NCBI RefSeq assembly: GCF_902459465.1
Contig: NC_047071.1
Span: forward strand, 5,456,001 to 5,520,000
Origin: Asterias rubens
Lineage: Eukaryota
Length of the DNA stretch: 64,000 nt
Direction: 5' to 3'
Part shown: positions 23,794 through 35,943 of the stretch, in pieces
Layout: each line of letters opens with the position of its first letter
How positions within the stretch are numbered: the first letter of the stretch is position 1
Made by a program: the position numbers and the translations under genes
The notes under the pieces: generated by a model
What the model was told of the DNA's origin: nothing
The model's database searches: none
Seen by the model: only the letters and a program-made list of their open reading frames with translations

Positions 23794-24832
23794 ACTAAAG
23801 GAACGGCTCCACAAACCAACGGCACATACTTTGTCTTTAACGAAACTGTATTTATCTGTAAATGACCGTTTATAAAGATAGACAAAAAAAACGCAAATAT
23901 GTCGCCTCTCCCAAATGAAATTCACTCATCATCTTGACCAATATAGTTTCATCCGACTCAATAGACTTCACCCCTTACATCGAAAGCTGTCTTCTTAAAG
24001 GAGATAAATCGACTTGAGAAGATGACGCGTCTTCAAGAACCGTTTTCAGTGATAATTACCCCGAGTCAGTGACAAATTGGCGTCTTGCTCACGTATACTT
24101 TGTTGGTTTTGCCTTTTCTACTAACTATAGGCTATATCCGTTTGTTTGATGTTTGTTTGTTAAATTAGAAATACTCATTGCCCATCGGCAATAAAGCGAT
24201 GACCTGACAGAAAATGTGCTTACGTGCTTTTATCAGCACCTCTTCTCAGAGATGTGACAACTTAAATGTTTAATTAGTAGGCCTATCTCTCATTTTTAAA
24301 CTAAGTATTCCATTGGTTTTGGAACCGTTCGGTTGTTCTTATCCTATAATATAGGTTTTCTCAGTCAAATTCGGCAAATGAGCAGTCAAATTCATTTTCA
24401 TGCGTTCGAATTAAAGCTGTTTTGCCTATCCAGTTGTTACTGCGTTTTCAAATGCAGAATTCGGCCATTCAATTTCGTTTAGAGTCGAGTCAAATTCCTT
24501 TAGCACTCTGTTCAATTTAGTGTATTGCATTTTTTTTTCGTGACACACCCGTATCAAGAAGCGTCTGGGGGCGAATTTGAATGCTGCTTCTATTGATACA
24601 GCTTTGAACTTTTTTGTTCTAAACCGTTGCTCTACTACAGTTAGCATCGCAACGAAAATAAAGCTTTGGTCTGACTTATGTGTGGTTTATAGGGTACCAA
24701 ACAACTTGTTGGATGATTGGTTACGCACGGAAAACAAATAGTATTCAATGAATTCAATATATATGTGTGGGGGGGGGGGGTTGTCTTACAAACGCAGTTC
24801 ATGTTTAGAATCTCTCTTTGGATTGATGTGGT

Positions 24833-24847
24833 GGCTCCGTAAGAGCC
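24833..24847 (-). terminator. Degenerate histone stem-loop of H2A
   Basis: GGCTCTTACGGAGCC (15 nt) versus canonical GGCTCTTTTCAGAGCC; downstream element CAAAGAGAGA at 24811-24820. Confidence 0.8.
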
Positions 24848-24878
24848 GTTTGGTTTATCAGTGTAGCAAGAGCTGAGT

Positions 24879-25381
<503 letters not shown>

Positions 25382-25566
25382 CAGGTTTCTCCTCGCATGG
25401 ACGCGCCCGGGTTCAGCGGAGCATTCTGGGCGGGGGTGGACCACCAGCGGCGGGCGGGGGCGGCACGCAGTTCGAGGGGAAGGTAGGGATAATTACTGCG
25501 GCGGTCCCCCCACCGTCAACACCCCTCTGAAAACAAGATAAGATTCCGAGAAAACAAACCTAACCC

Positions 25567-25574
25567 CAACAACG

Positions 25575-25603
<29 letters not shown>
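25567..25603. repeat. (CAA)n microsatellite
   Basis: Direct reading. Confidence 0.9.
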
Positions 25604-25605
<2 letters not shown>

Positions 25606-26178
25606 AAACAAAGCAAAAGCAAATATTTACAGAAACTGAAAAACATCATGTTTGTTTGTTTGGTTTTGCGTGCACATGTTTTGGTTGATTTTTCAAAATA
25701 AAACTATTACCAAATTCATAATTTCAAGTTAACTCTGGCGTATAGAGTCGCTGTTGTTGTTGTGTTGTATGTTATTAAAGTAATACGGTGTCATGAACAA
25801 GGCACTTACTCAATGTACGTCTTTCTTTCTTTCTTCAAGTCCAATCTTGTGAACCCTCACTCGACGACACATTTGAGCGTTGTTTTTTTATAACTGACTG
25901 TAAAAGTAGAATAACAATCAACGAGAAAGATGTTTAGTGATCGCTAAAAATTATAGTGGACAAGTTATCAAGATGATTTGAACTTCGTAAACAATGTTGT
26001 TGAGTTGTTCTACGGAGATATATAAAGAAGGCAGAAATATTTTGAATAACCCTTTAATACAATATAGCATTATTGTAAACCCTGTTGATTTTAATTAATA
26101 TTATTAAATGGGGACGGTTGGTGTTACGGTGGCCACTTAATTCACGCATGTTTTGAATCTCTCTTTGGGAAATGTGTT

Positions 26179-26194
26179 GGCTCTGAAAAGAGCC
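26179..26194 (-). terminator. Histone stem-loop of H2B
   Basis: GGCTCTTTTCAGAGCC; downstream element CAAAGAGAGA at 26158-26167. Confidence 0.95.
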
Positions 26195-26223
26195 GTTTGG
26201 ATTGTGCTTGACGCCGGACCTGC

Positions 26224-26592
26224 TTATTTAGAAGTTGTGTACTTGGTGACCGCCTTGGTGCCCTCGCTGACAGCGTGTTTGGCCAGCTCACCGGGGAGAA
26301 GGAGACGGACTGCAGTCTGGACCTCTCGGCTGGAGATGGTTGATTTCTTGTTGTAGTGGGCCAATCTAGAAGACTCGGCGGCAATGCGCTCGAAAATGTC
26401 GTTGACGAAGCTGTTCATAATCGACATGGCCTTGCTGGAAATGCCCGTGTCTGGATGAACCTGCTTCATGACCTTGTAGATGTAAATGCCGTAGCTCTCC
26501 TTGCGGCGACGACGTCTCTTCTTGTCTGTCCGGATTGGCCCCTTGGTGTTACCGGCTTTCTTCTGTCCCTTTCCACTTGCTTTGGGAGGCAT
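26224..26592 (-). CDS. H2B: Histone H2B (122 aa)
   Basis: [42 protein letters not shown]...[26 protein letters not shown]. Confidence 0.97.
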   Translation of the reverse strand: MPPKASGKGQKKAGNTKGPIRTDKKRRRRRKESYGIYIYKVMKQVHPDTGISSKAMSIMNSFVNDIFERIAAESSRLAHYNKKSTISSREVQTAVRLLLPGELAKHAVSEGTKAVTKYTTSK

Positions 26593-26634
26593 GACTATAG
26601 AGTGCTGTGTTGCTGAGTTGGTAGAATAAATCAG

Positions 26635-26689
26635 ACTGATGACTGGTACACCGGAGAAGGCTTAGCTTTATACTGCGAGTCGGGGATCC
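26635..26689 (-). promoter_or_regulatory. H2B promoter
   Basis: TATAAAG (26666-72) preceded by GGATCC (26684-89); TCAGT initiator at 26635-39. Confidence 0.75.
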
Positions 26690-27237
26690 GGCGGCCATTA
26701 GGGCATTGTTAGCATTCGCGCGCCTCGCTGTGAGCAGTGAAGCGGTCCACCAGAAAAGTTGCGTGTCTGCAAGGATGGGTGTCTGAATAACGGGCAGGCA
26801 ACCATTGGAAAGGAGTTTTATACTCTGGTTAGAACTACAACACGAATATAGTGTAACCCAAAACAAGTATCCAAAAATAATAATGAGAGAAACTTATCAA
26901 AAAAAACAAAAACAAAATCTGCAATGGCCCGAGCATGCATAGTACGTTAATTTTGAAGAAAACGATACCATTTAATTATGGAGTAAAACCAAAGCAAGAG
27001 ATTGACCTAACCAACCCGACTAGACTGATAGAACGACCGACCCAATAAAAGGATGGCGGTGCTGCGTAAAGATAAAAAACAACTGTTTTGTTCATGCTGT
27101 TTTGAATTTAACTTCTGACTGCCATCGTAGCGGGCGCTATACAACATTCGTATAAGTAGGCACGGTCCTCTATTATACCGAAAGTTATGTTTACACTGCA
27201 AGGTGTATACATTAGTTTGTCAAATTTCTAAGGTTCT

Positions 27238-27296
27238 TGTTTGTTTGTTGCTTGTTTGTTTGTTTATTTATTTATTTGTTTGTTTGTTTGTTTGTC
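27238..27296. repeat. (GTTT/ATTT)n microsatellite
   Basis: Direct reading. Confidence 0.85.
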
Positions 27297-27413
27297 TATT
27301 GGTTCGTTTATTGGTTTTTTTTTTGTTTTGTTGAAGGATGGAGTGTGGAAGAGGAAAAATTGGAAGAAATAACGAATACACGGACGTGATTAACATCTCT
27401 GTTAAGAAGTGGT

Positions 27414-27429
27414 GGCTCTGAAAAGAGCC
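27414..27429 (-). terminator. Histone stem-loop of H3 fragment
   Basis: GGCTCTTTTCAGAGCC. Confidence 0.93.
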
Positions 27430-27458
27430 GTTGTGTTTTGAGAAAGGAACGAATCCTC

Positions 27459-27701
<243 letters not shown>

Positions 27702-29250
27702 CTATTAATACAGGCTGGTTTCCACACCCTCCAGTGAATAACAAGGGTAAGTTTGACATACATCTTATATTGTAGCTTTTTTTTAAAGTTTTAGTCTGTT
27801 GTTAATGTTAGTTAGTGTTGTGCTATTATTATTAAATACCAAGTTACAAATACAATAACCCAAATTCTGTACTGCACAAACTACCATACTGCACCACACT
27901 ACACCTCACACTACACAGTCAAACACACATACTACACCTGATTACAGTACACAAACCAATACATGAACAAGGGGGGGAAACACTCACGTTTTTAAGGAGT
28001 GAGGGGAGGGGTTTCGGAATCTGAATTTTAATAAAGTCGGAAAACTTCCACATAAGGTTTATCAAGAGAGGGCGCTCTTGAAGTTTGAACCCACACAAAG
28101 GTGTAGGCATTGCGTGCGCGAGTCGTAGAAACTGCATAGTAACCGCCCCATATTCCATCCCACAATGCATTGCGTTTCTGAATCGCGATAAACCTTATGG
28201 AAACAAACAACGCTAGTCTGGTCCCCTGACCAAAGATTCCTTGACTCTCTTGTTAAAAATCTTGGGTCAGGTATCACCCACGGTTAAAAATAGAGCATGA
28301 CGCAACTTGTCAGGGTCGCGGGTCATCTACTAGTTGCGATAACGTAACCCTCCTCCCAACGGCCGCTAGGCCGGAGGGTTACGAGATTATTTTGATCGTC
28401 AATTATTGACAATCTGGTTCAACACGTATAATTTCGGCAGCTAGTCACCAGATTTTGCCCATTTTTACCACTTTTAAAAATCATGAAACTTAATCCTCAA
28501 TCAATGTCTAATGAACACTCAAGTCAAAACACCTTTGAACAAATATTTTTAAACAAAAAGGACGAAAACTTAACCAGATCCCGAAGCGATTTCCCAGGTT
28601 TATATATTTTGAACTGGCGCATCACTTTGCAAACGCTTTATTTAGGCACAACGCCTGCATTGGCAATAACTGGCTGAAAAACTCCTGGATCTACGCCCGA
28701 CAGGACTAACATTACGAGTCCATACCGAACATCAACGATACTGTCCGAATGTTGACGACAACACGTTCGGAACATTTCGGATAACTTCGAAAAAGGAGTA
28801 ATTCCTCCTTTTGGGTCACGTGATTTTGGGTGATACGGACCCTAAATTCGACAGCAATTAATTAAGTATCACGCTTTATTTGGTGGGGGGGGGGGAAGTT
28901 TAGGGTAAACATAAATTAATTAGCATAACAAGATGTGGCAGTTCATTTGGTTCACTTGGGAGGGAATTTAGTTTCAACTTCACTAGTTTGAAAAGAGGAA
29001 AATAGTTTATTTTTGGTAGAGGGGAACTATGTCTGAATATGGGTAATGAGAACATAGAACATACTACTGAAGAGAGAGTAACCTTGGGTTGGACAATGTT
29101 ATGAATCACCCAAAAACACAATATATACAAAAGTCAATAGTACACAACATTATGTGAACAATGATTTGACATCACCTAAAACTATTATAATATGGTCAAC
29201 AGAAAGCTAACATATATGATCCACCCTCTCAAACTATTAGGGCCAACAGA

Positions 29251-29387
29251 AGAAAGTCAAAAGAGGTTCCAATCACAGAAAGTCAAAAGAGGTTCCAATC
29301 ACAGAAAGTCAAAAGAGGTTCCAATCACAGAAAGTCAAAAGAGGTTCCAATCACAGAAAACAGAAAGTCAAAAGAGGTTCCAATCAC
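29251..29387. repeat. 26-bp minisatellite, 5 copies
   Basis: AGAAAGTCAAAAGAGGTTCCAATCAC x4, a 7-bp insert, then a fifth copy. Confidence 0.95.
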
Positions 29388-29967
29388 ATCCTCTAACACC
29401 GAGGTGACCACTGCAAAACTGATACAATTTGGCTTTTACTTCATGTGAAAAGTTACAAAATTAATTCTAAAATTAGAAAAAAACAATAACATTTGGTGGT
29501 GGTGATGCATGACCATCCGTTTAATGCAACAAAAACATCATTGCAACAACCACTTAAATAAACCCTCATGTTGGAAAGTGGTAAAATATAAAAGTTTATA
29601 AGTTAAAAATATTTAGAAAAATGTTTTGAGGTCGGCAATTCGGCCGCAAAAAATTCAGGTCGGTCGGGTTACCGTAAACACAACATTTATTTTGTTTGGC
29701 CTAAGGACTAACTTTAAAACTATTTGGTTTTCTCATGAATGATGTATTTCTTGAGTTTGAGTGAATTTTAACATTAAAATCTTTCAGTATTGTCTTTTTT
29801 GTACTTTTGATTGACATATATTATGAAATTGAAGTTGACAATGCAGTCACTCTGAAGATTGATTCAGTTTTAAGCAACGCCATGTAATGAGCTTAGAATT
29901 TTTATTACTTATTGTATAGTTTTCATTGATAAACTGAAACTATGAACAATTTGTAATGAGAAATTAA

Positions 29968-30930
29968 GAGTCAGTTCAGGTAAATAATTGACATAGTTGC
30001 TCACGGTCAAATAATGATTTTTTTTAATACTTTGTGGGTGGAAGGGCCTTGGGGTGCAAGTAAACAAAATTGCATTTTCAATTCTATATATAGCAAACAA
30101 ATATTGCTATAAATTTCACCCTTGTGCTATTTTTAGAACGTGCATTAGATTTTTTTTTTAGAACTTGCAAAATCAACATTTTTACCCTTTTTTTGTGCCT
30201 CAAAATTGCTTTTTTTCAGGGGTCTCAGAATATTTTCCTTTCGATTTTGATCAGGGCCAAAATTTGCTTCATTTTGAATTTATAACATTAAGAAGTTAGT
30301 AATAATTCCATCAATCTGGCAGCTTTTCATAAGCACTCTGTAGGCTTAGTGCATTACCAAACATTGATCAGGACTTGTTGATGACCTAAGTCTTAGAATT
30401 TGCCCCGCCCGGCCCCACCCCGGCCCCGGCCCCGGCCCAATCCTATTTCTTGACATTGCATAAAAATTCCCCTTGCACATCAAGAAAGTTTGTACTGTCT
30501 TAATTTTTTAATGGTTCTCAGAATATTTCCCTTTTGGTTGTGATTGGGCTATCATTATGGTTTGCATGTCTGCTGGGGAGAAACACTTTGGTTTATTGTA
30601 TCCTGTTGTGACACTTCTGCCTCAAACATGGAAATTTTTCCAAAAACAATAAAAATGCATTTTGAAGTTATCCCTTAGTTTGAATTGATAAAAAACAAAA
30701 ACGAGCATGCTTGTTAAAAAAATATGGCACTGTTTCCATGCTCTTTAAGTAACAAATAACAAGTTTATAACATGCTTTGCCACTGAGAGTTCTTGTTTTG
30801 TCATGACTACTTTACCTAGTTGTACAGGTATAATTCACATTGCAAGAAGAGAAGTAGTGCGATGAGTATTCTTTACTATTCTTGTCTATACATGGCCTTA
30901 TAACAGTCTTCTTGGTCCCCTGCCCGCTAC
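29968..30930 (+). repeat. Left long TIR
   Basis: Inverted match to the right arm, with deletions relative to it. Confidence 0.8.
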
Positions 30931-31306
30931 CAAACTAAACATTTTCATCCCTATCAGAACAAAGAGGCTCTAAAAGTGAGCAAGTACTGTATCCAACGTA
31001 TCTAAATGGCCAGTCACCTGCTTTGGCCTTCTGTAAGCAGTTCCCCCATCCATGGTGGGGTTCCTTTCAATTGTAGTGTTGCAAACATTAAAAGAGTTGG
31101 TTTATTTAACGTGATAAACAATTCAGCAGGTAATGTTTGACAATGTTTTTTGTTGATCGTTCTCAGATAATAATTATGAATTAGTAAGATAGTGAATGGA
31201 AAAAATAATCAAACTAGCCTGAATAAACTTTTGTCACTGCAAATGCATCTTACTTATTTATGTTGAGCAGGTGCAAGTATTTACAACTTCTTTCAATGTG
31301 GTTTCA

Positions 31307-31532
31307 TTAAAGGAACACGTTGCCTTGGATCGGTCGAGTTGGTCTTTGAAAAGCGTTTGTAAACGTTTATTACAAAATGCATATGATTAGAAAGATATTT
31401 TAAAAGTAGAATATAATGATCCACACAAGTATCACTCAAAAACATCTTTCTAACCATGCATTTTACAACAAACGGTTACAAACGCATTTCAAAGACCAAC
31501 TTGACCGATCCCAGGCAACGTGTTCCTTTTAA
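31307..31532. mobile_element. Internally deleted family-1 MITE inside the 6-kb element
   Basis: TTAA|AGGAACACGTTGCC ... GGCAACGTGTTCCT; central hairpin missing. Confidence 0.85.
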
Positions 31533-32051
31533 ATGATCTCTTACGCTCATCTTGCAAATCGTTAGTATCATTGTTTTTAATAAGATCTTGGCAAACTTTT
31601 CCCACACTTTTAAGCGGGCTTTTTAATTTTCCACATTTGTGTTGGACATGATTGGATGCTCTAAACCATCTGCCTCAAGCACAGAAACTACATTGTTTAT
31701 GATCTCTATCTCTATGAAAAGTTTTACATTTGGTAGCAGGCAGGGACCAAGGAGAGTAGGCCCTGTAATCGGCACCAAATCCATCAAAATCAATCGGTGG
31801 AATATGGTTGATTTTGTAAGATTTGGCACACCACCATGTTGTACCATTTGGTTGATTGTGATGGATTTGGTATGTGAGGACACAACATCCTGGTTGATTT
31901 TGGCAGAATTGGTCTTTTAGATATTTCAAACCACTGGTTGATTTTGTTTGACTTGGTCCTTTAGATAGCTCCATGGGAGTTTCAACCCACTGGTTGATTT
32001 TGACATAGTTGTACTCCTACTACAGTACACACATTCCTGACATTTAATTAG

Positions 32052-33668
32052 GACAGTGAAGGATGGACGAGAACTCTACACAACATCAGAGTTAGAAGCT
32101 TCAAGCCGAAGGGTACACTAGGACCTTCATTCAACCGACGCTCTTCGGCTTTGAAGTACTTCCTCAAGTTCTTTCCCATCAGTCTCCTTCTCACCATCGT
32201 CAAGTGGACCAATGTAAAACTTGCGGAGAAACCCGTTCGGCTAACGTCACTCGCAGAGATAAGAGCCTGGTTCGGCATACACCTGGTGATGGGTCTGGTC
32301 AAGGTGGCCAATTACAAAAATTACTGGTCAACACATCCCGGTTATCGTAACTCCCTCATCTCGTCCACAATGACCCGCAACCGTTTTGACTCCATCAGCC
32401 AGTTTCTTGTGTGTAACGATGCCAGCAAGGACCCCTCCCTCATCCAAGACAAGGCTCACCGATACAACGCCAAGCTCAAGCACCCCTTGTTCCATGTGCA
32501 GCCGGTATGGGACAAGGTCCGCAAACAGTGCCTGAGGAACTACGTGCCGGATCAGGAGCTGACCATAGACGAGGCGATGATCCGGTACAGGGGATTCAAG
32601 GCTAGCGTTCGCAAGTTTTTTATGCCCCTGAAGCCAATTCGTGCCGGCTTCAAAGTTTACGCCATCGCCGAATCAGCTACAGGGTTCATCCTGAACTTCA
32701 TAATCCACCCTCACGGTCAGAAGCCTGCTAAGATGTTGGACATCGCAATGGACACTGCAAAATTCCATCTCAACTCATACCACCACCTGTACACCGACAA
32801 GCTGTACACATCTATCCCCTTGGCGCGACACCTTCTGAGCCAAAAGATGTACTTGACCGGGGCCATCAAAGGCAACAGCAGAGGCCTGCCCAAGGACTTT
32901 AACAGCGAGAGGGTGAAGAGGATGAGTAGCAACCCTCGGGGCTCTTTCTCCACACGGCAGAACGGTCAACTGACTGTTGCTGCTTGGAAAGACAGCAGAG
33001 TGATGCTACTTCTTTCTTCAGCGCATCAAGGGTGGAGAGACCCTCAGGAGCACTCCGTGCAGCGAAAGATCGCAGATGATGGCACTGGACGCCTGGAGAA
33101 AAAGACCATATCTGCACCTCCACAGGCAATCTCCTACACTCGCTACATGGGAGGGGTTGATCGTGGGGATCAGCTACGATCATACTATTCTTGCTCGAGG
33201 AAGTCCCAGCTGTGGTGGCGAAAAATCCTGTATTTCCTCGTTGACATAGCTCGAGTGAATGCGTGGATATGCTACCGGAAACACCACAGCACCGTAGCAA
33301 CCAACAGTCCGGAAAGCTCAGAGGAAGATGAAAGTGCCCCCACCCACTCCAAGTTCATCATGGATGTAGCAACACAGCTCATCGATGGGTATGCCCAAGG
33401 CAGAGCTGAGGTGCAGTTTTATGGATCCAAGAGGGTGAAAGCAAAGAACGCCCTTGGGCACACATCAACTAGGATGCCAGGTCGCTACGCACGTTGGTGT
33501 CGGTGGTGCAGACTGCACAACGGAGTAACAAAGTCTGGAAGAACAAAGACAACAAGACGAGGCTGTCAAGCGTGTGGAGTCTACTTGTGTGCTGGACAGT
33601 GCTTCATCAACTACCACTCTCTTGAAAGCAGCGAAGAGGCAGGACACACCACCAGCACCACCGAGTAG
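32052..33668 (+). CDS. piggyBac-family (PGBD4-like, DDE_Tnp_1_7) transposase; open frame starts at a splice acceptor, no in-frame start ATG
   Basis: Catalytic motifs LTIDEAM, LYTDKLYTS, MGGVDRGDQ; C-terminal cysteine-rich CRWC..CQAC....C...C...H. The frame is open from 32052 (DSEGWTRTL...) after cctgacatttaattag. Confidence 0.88.
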   Translation, partial: DSEGWTRTLHNIRVRSFKPKGTLGPSFNRRSSALKYFLKFFPISLLLTIVKWTNVKLAEKPVRLTSLAEIRAWFGIHLVMGLVKVANYKNYWSTHPGYRNSLISSTMTRNRFDSISQFLVCNDASKDPSLIQDKAHRYNAKLKHPLFHVQPVWDKVRKQCLRNYVPDQELTIDEAMIRYRGFKASVRKFFMPLKPIRAGFKVYAIAESATGFILNFIIHPHGQKPAKMLDIAMDTAKFHLNSYHHLYTDKLYTSIPLARHLLSQKMYLTGAIKGNSRGLPKDFNSERVKRMSSNPRGSFSTRQNGQLTVAAWKDSRVMLLLSSAHQGWRDPQEHSVQRKIADDGTGRLEKKTISAPPQAISYTRYMGGVDRGDQLRSYYSCSRKSQLWWRKILYFLVDIARVNAWICYRKHHSTVATNSPESSEEDESAPTHSKFIMDVATQLIDGYAQGRAEVQFYGSKRVKAKNALGHTSTRMPGRYARWCRWCRLHNGVTKSGRTKTTRRGCQACGVYLCAGQCFINYHSLESSEEAGHTTSTTE

Positions 33669-34214
33669 ACGAGAGTAGACATCTTAGGACTCCCCACACA
33701 GCAAGATTTTTTTGGTACTCATTTTGTCCCCCTCATTTTGTGTCAAAAGAACAAAACCAAAAAATATCAGTGGATATTCATGCAATGGCAGTGCATTTCG
33801 GGAAAAACCCACCAAAAAAAACCCCACAAAAGCATTAAAAAAAAAAAAAAAAAAAAAAAAAAGGCAGTGATGCAACAATGATATTCCTGTAACGGCAGTG
33901 CGAACAGAATAATTTCATTGAGACTGAGCCACCCAAAAAAAAACAAGTAAATGTACATCGAGTTTGCTCAATCACAATTCGTTCAGTTGGTTGATTGTGA
34001 TTGATTCAGCTATGTAACAACCAGTAGTGACACTAGAGTTGGATCCTAATAGACCAAGTCCATCAAAATACTCCAAGATGTTAGTGATTGGTTCTGATGG
34101 ATTCAGTACTTATGTTAACAATGCTTTGGTTGATTATGGTGGATTCAGTACAGTTGCATATTTATTGTCTCTCATTTGATTGATTTTGGCGGATTAGGTA
34201 TATTTTTAAGCAAA

Positions 34215-35943
34215 AACAGCCAGGGGGTTAGGGTTGTTAAAGACAACTTGTAAAGAATGCTCATCGCACTCTACTTGCAATGGGAATCATACCTGTACAA
34301 TAGGTATACAAAGTAGCCAAATCAAGAACTCTCAGTGGCAAAACATTGGTTATGGTTTGGTTGGATACCATTATGTTTAAATAAAAACTTTGTATTATTT
34401 ACTCAAAGGGCATGGAAACAGTGCCAGATTTTAACAAGCATGCATTGTTTGGGGAAAAATTACTATACTTAAGGCATGATCAGTCACAACAGGATACAAT
34501 AAACACAGTGTTTCTACCCAGAAGACATGAAAACACCAATAACAACCGAAAGGGAACACTTTCAAAAAAGAGGCGCTATTCACAAAACATTGTTTTATGC
34601 AATGTCAAGAAATATGATTGGGGCTGGGCTGGGCAAATTCTAAAATTAAGGTCATCAACAGTTCCTGATCAATGTTGGGTAATCCACTAGTGCTTAGGAA
34701 AAGCTGCAAGACTGATAGAATTATTACTTTTTAATGTTAGAAATTCAATATGAAGAAAAAACAATTCAAAATGCATTTTTCTGTTTGGGGAAAAAAGTCT
34801 ATTTTTTGAGACAGTACTGTTAACATCAGGATACACTTGCCCAAGTTTTTCTTACCAGAAATAAAAAGACAAATTTTGGCCCTGATCAAAACCGAAAGGA
34901 AAATATTCTGAGACCCCTGAAAAAATGAAATTTTGAGGGCAAAAAATATGGTAAAAATGTTGATTTTGCAAGTTCTAAAAACATACTGTAATGCACGTTC
35001 TAAAAATAGCACAAGGGTGAAAGTTATAGCAATATTTTTTTGTCTCAAGTAAAGCCAAGGATGATACTTTGTAGTGATGTAAAAGGTTTTATGAAATATT
35101 TTTGTTTTTTGGTTGGGTGGAGTTGTAAATATTAACTAAAAAAACAGTTTTTCAGACCCCCAAATCGGCCTAAAGTGGCCTAAACACAAATGAACTGTTA
35201 CCATGGCAACGTGTTATATTTTGATTTGAAATGTAAACGTGTTATATTATGATTTGAAATGTAAATGTTGTTTATTTGGACCCCAAGTCCCTTCCATCCA
35301 CAAAGTATAAGAAAAATATTCCTTTTTTTACCGTGGACAAGTATGTCGATATTATGTGAAAAGACCCTTAAAAAGGCATTTTTCACGTTTATGGGAAAAA
35401 AGTCTAGTTTTGAGGCAGTACTGTCACAACAGGATACAATTGCCCAAGTTTGTGACACCAGATATGGAAAGACCAATGTTGGCCCTAATCACAGCCGAAA
35501 GGAAAATTTTCTGAGACCCCTGGCAAGTTGACATTTTGGGGTCCAAAAATAGGGTAAAAATGTCGATTTTGCAAGTTCTAAAAACATACTGTAATGCATG
35601 ATGCAAAAATAGCACAAGGGTGATATTTAAAGCAATAATTTTTTTTCTCAAGGAAGGCCAAGGATGATACTTTGTAGTGATATAAAAGGTTTTTTTGAAA
35701 TAATTTTGCATTTTGGTGGGGTGGAGTTGTAAATATGAGCTAAAAAACATTTTTTCAAACCCCAAAATCGGCCTAAAATGGCCAAAAAACAAAATGAGCC
35801 GTAACCATGGCAACGGGCTATATATAGAATTGAAAATGCAATTTTGTTTACTTGCACCCCAAGGCTCTTCCACCAACAAAGTATAAAAAAAATTCATTTT
35901 TTGACCGTGAGCAACTATGTCAATTATTTACCTGAACTGACTC
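34215..35943 (-). repeat. Right long TIR containing a ~600-bp internal tandem duplication
   Basis: GTACTGT..CAGGATACA..TGCCCAAG at ~34815 and ~35418; inverted match to the left arm. Confidence 0.75.

Larger units (their letters stand above)
29968..35943. mobile_element. ~6.0-kb DNA transposon with TTAA duplication, GAG..CTC termini and very long imperfect TIRs (Sola3-type shell) carrying a piggyBac-family transposase
   Basis: TTAA at 29964-67 and 35944-47; first 44 bp are perfectly inverted; inverted similarity continues over ~29968-30930 versus ~34215-35943. Confidence 0.85.

Noticed and set aside
29251-29387. CRISPR-like array (26-bp repeats; likewise the 59-bp repeats at 60.9 kb)
   Set aside because: Repeats are contiguous with no unique spacers, there are no cas genes, and the context is eukaryotic.
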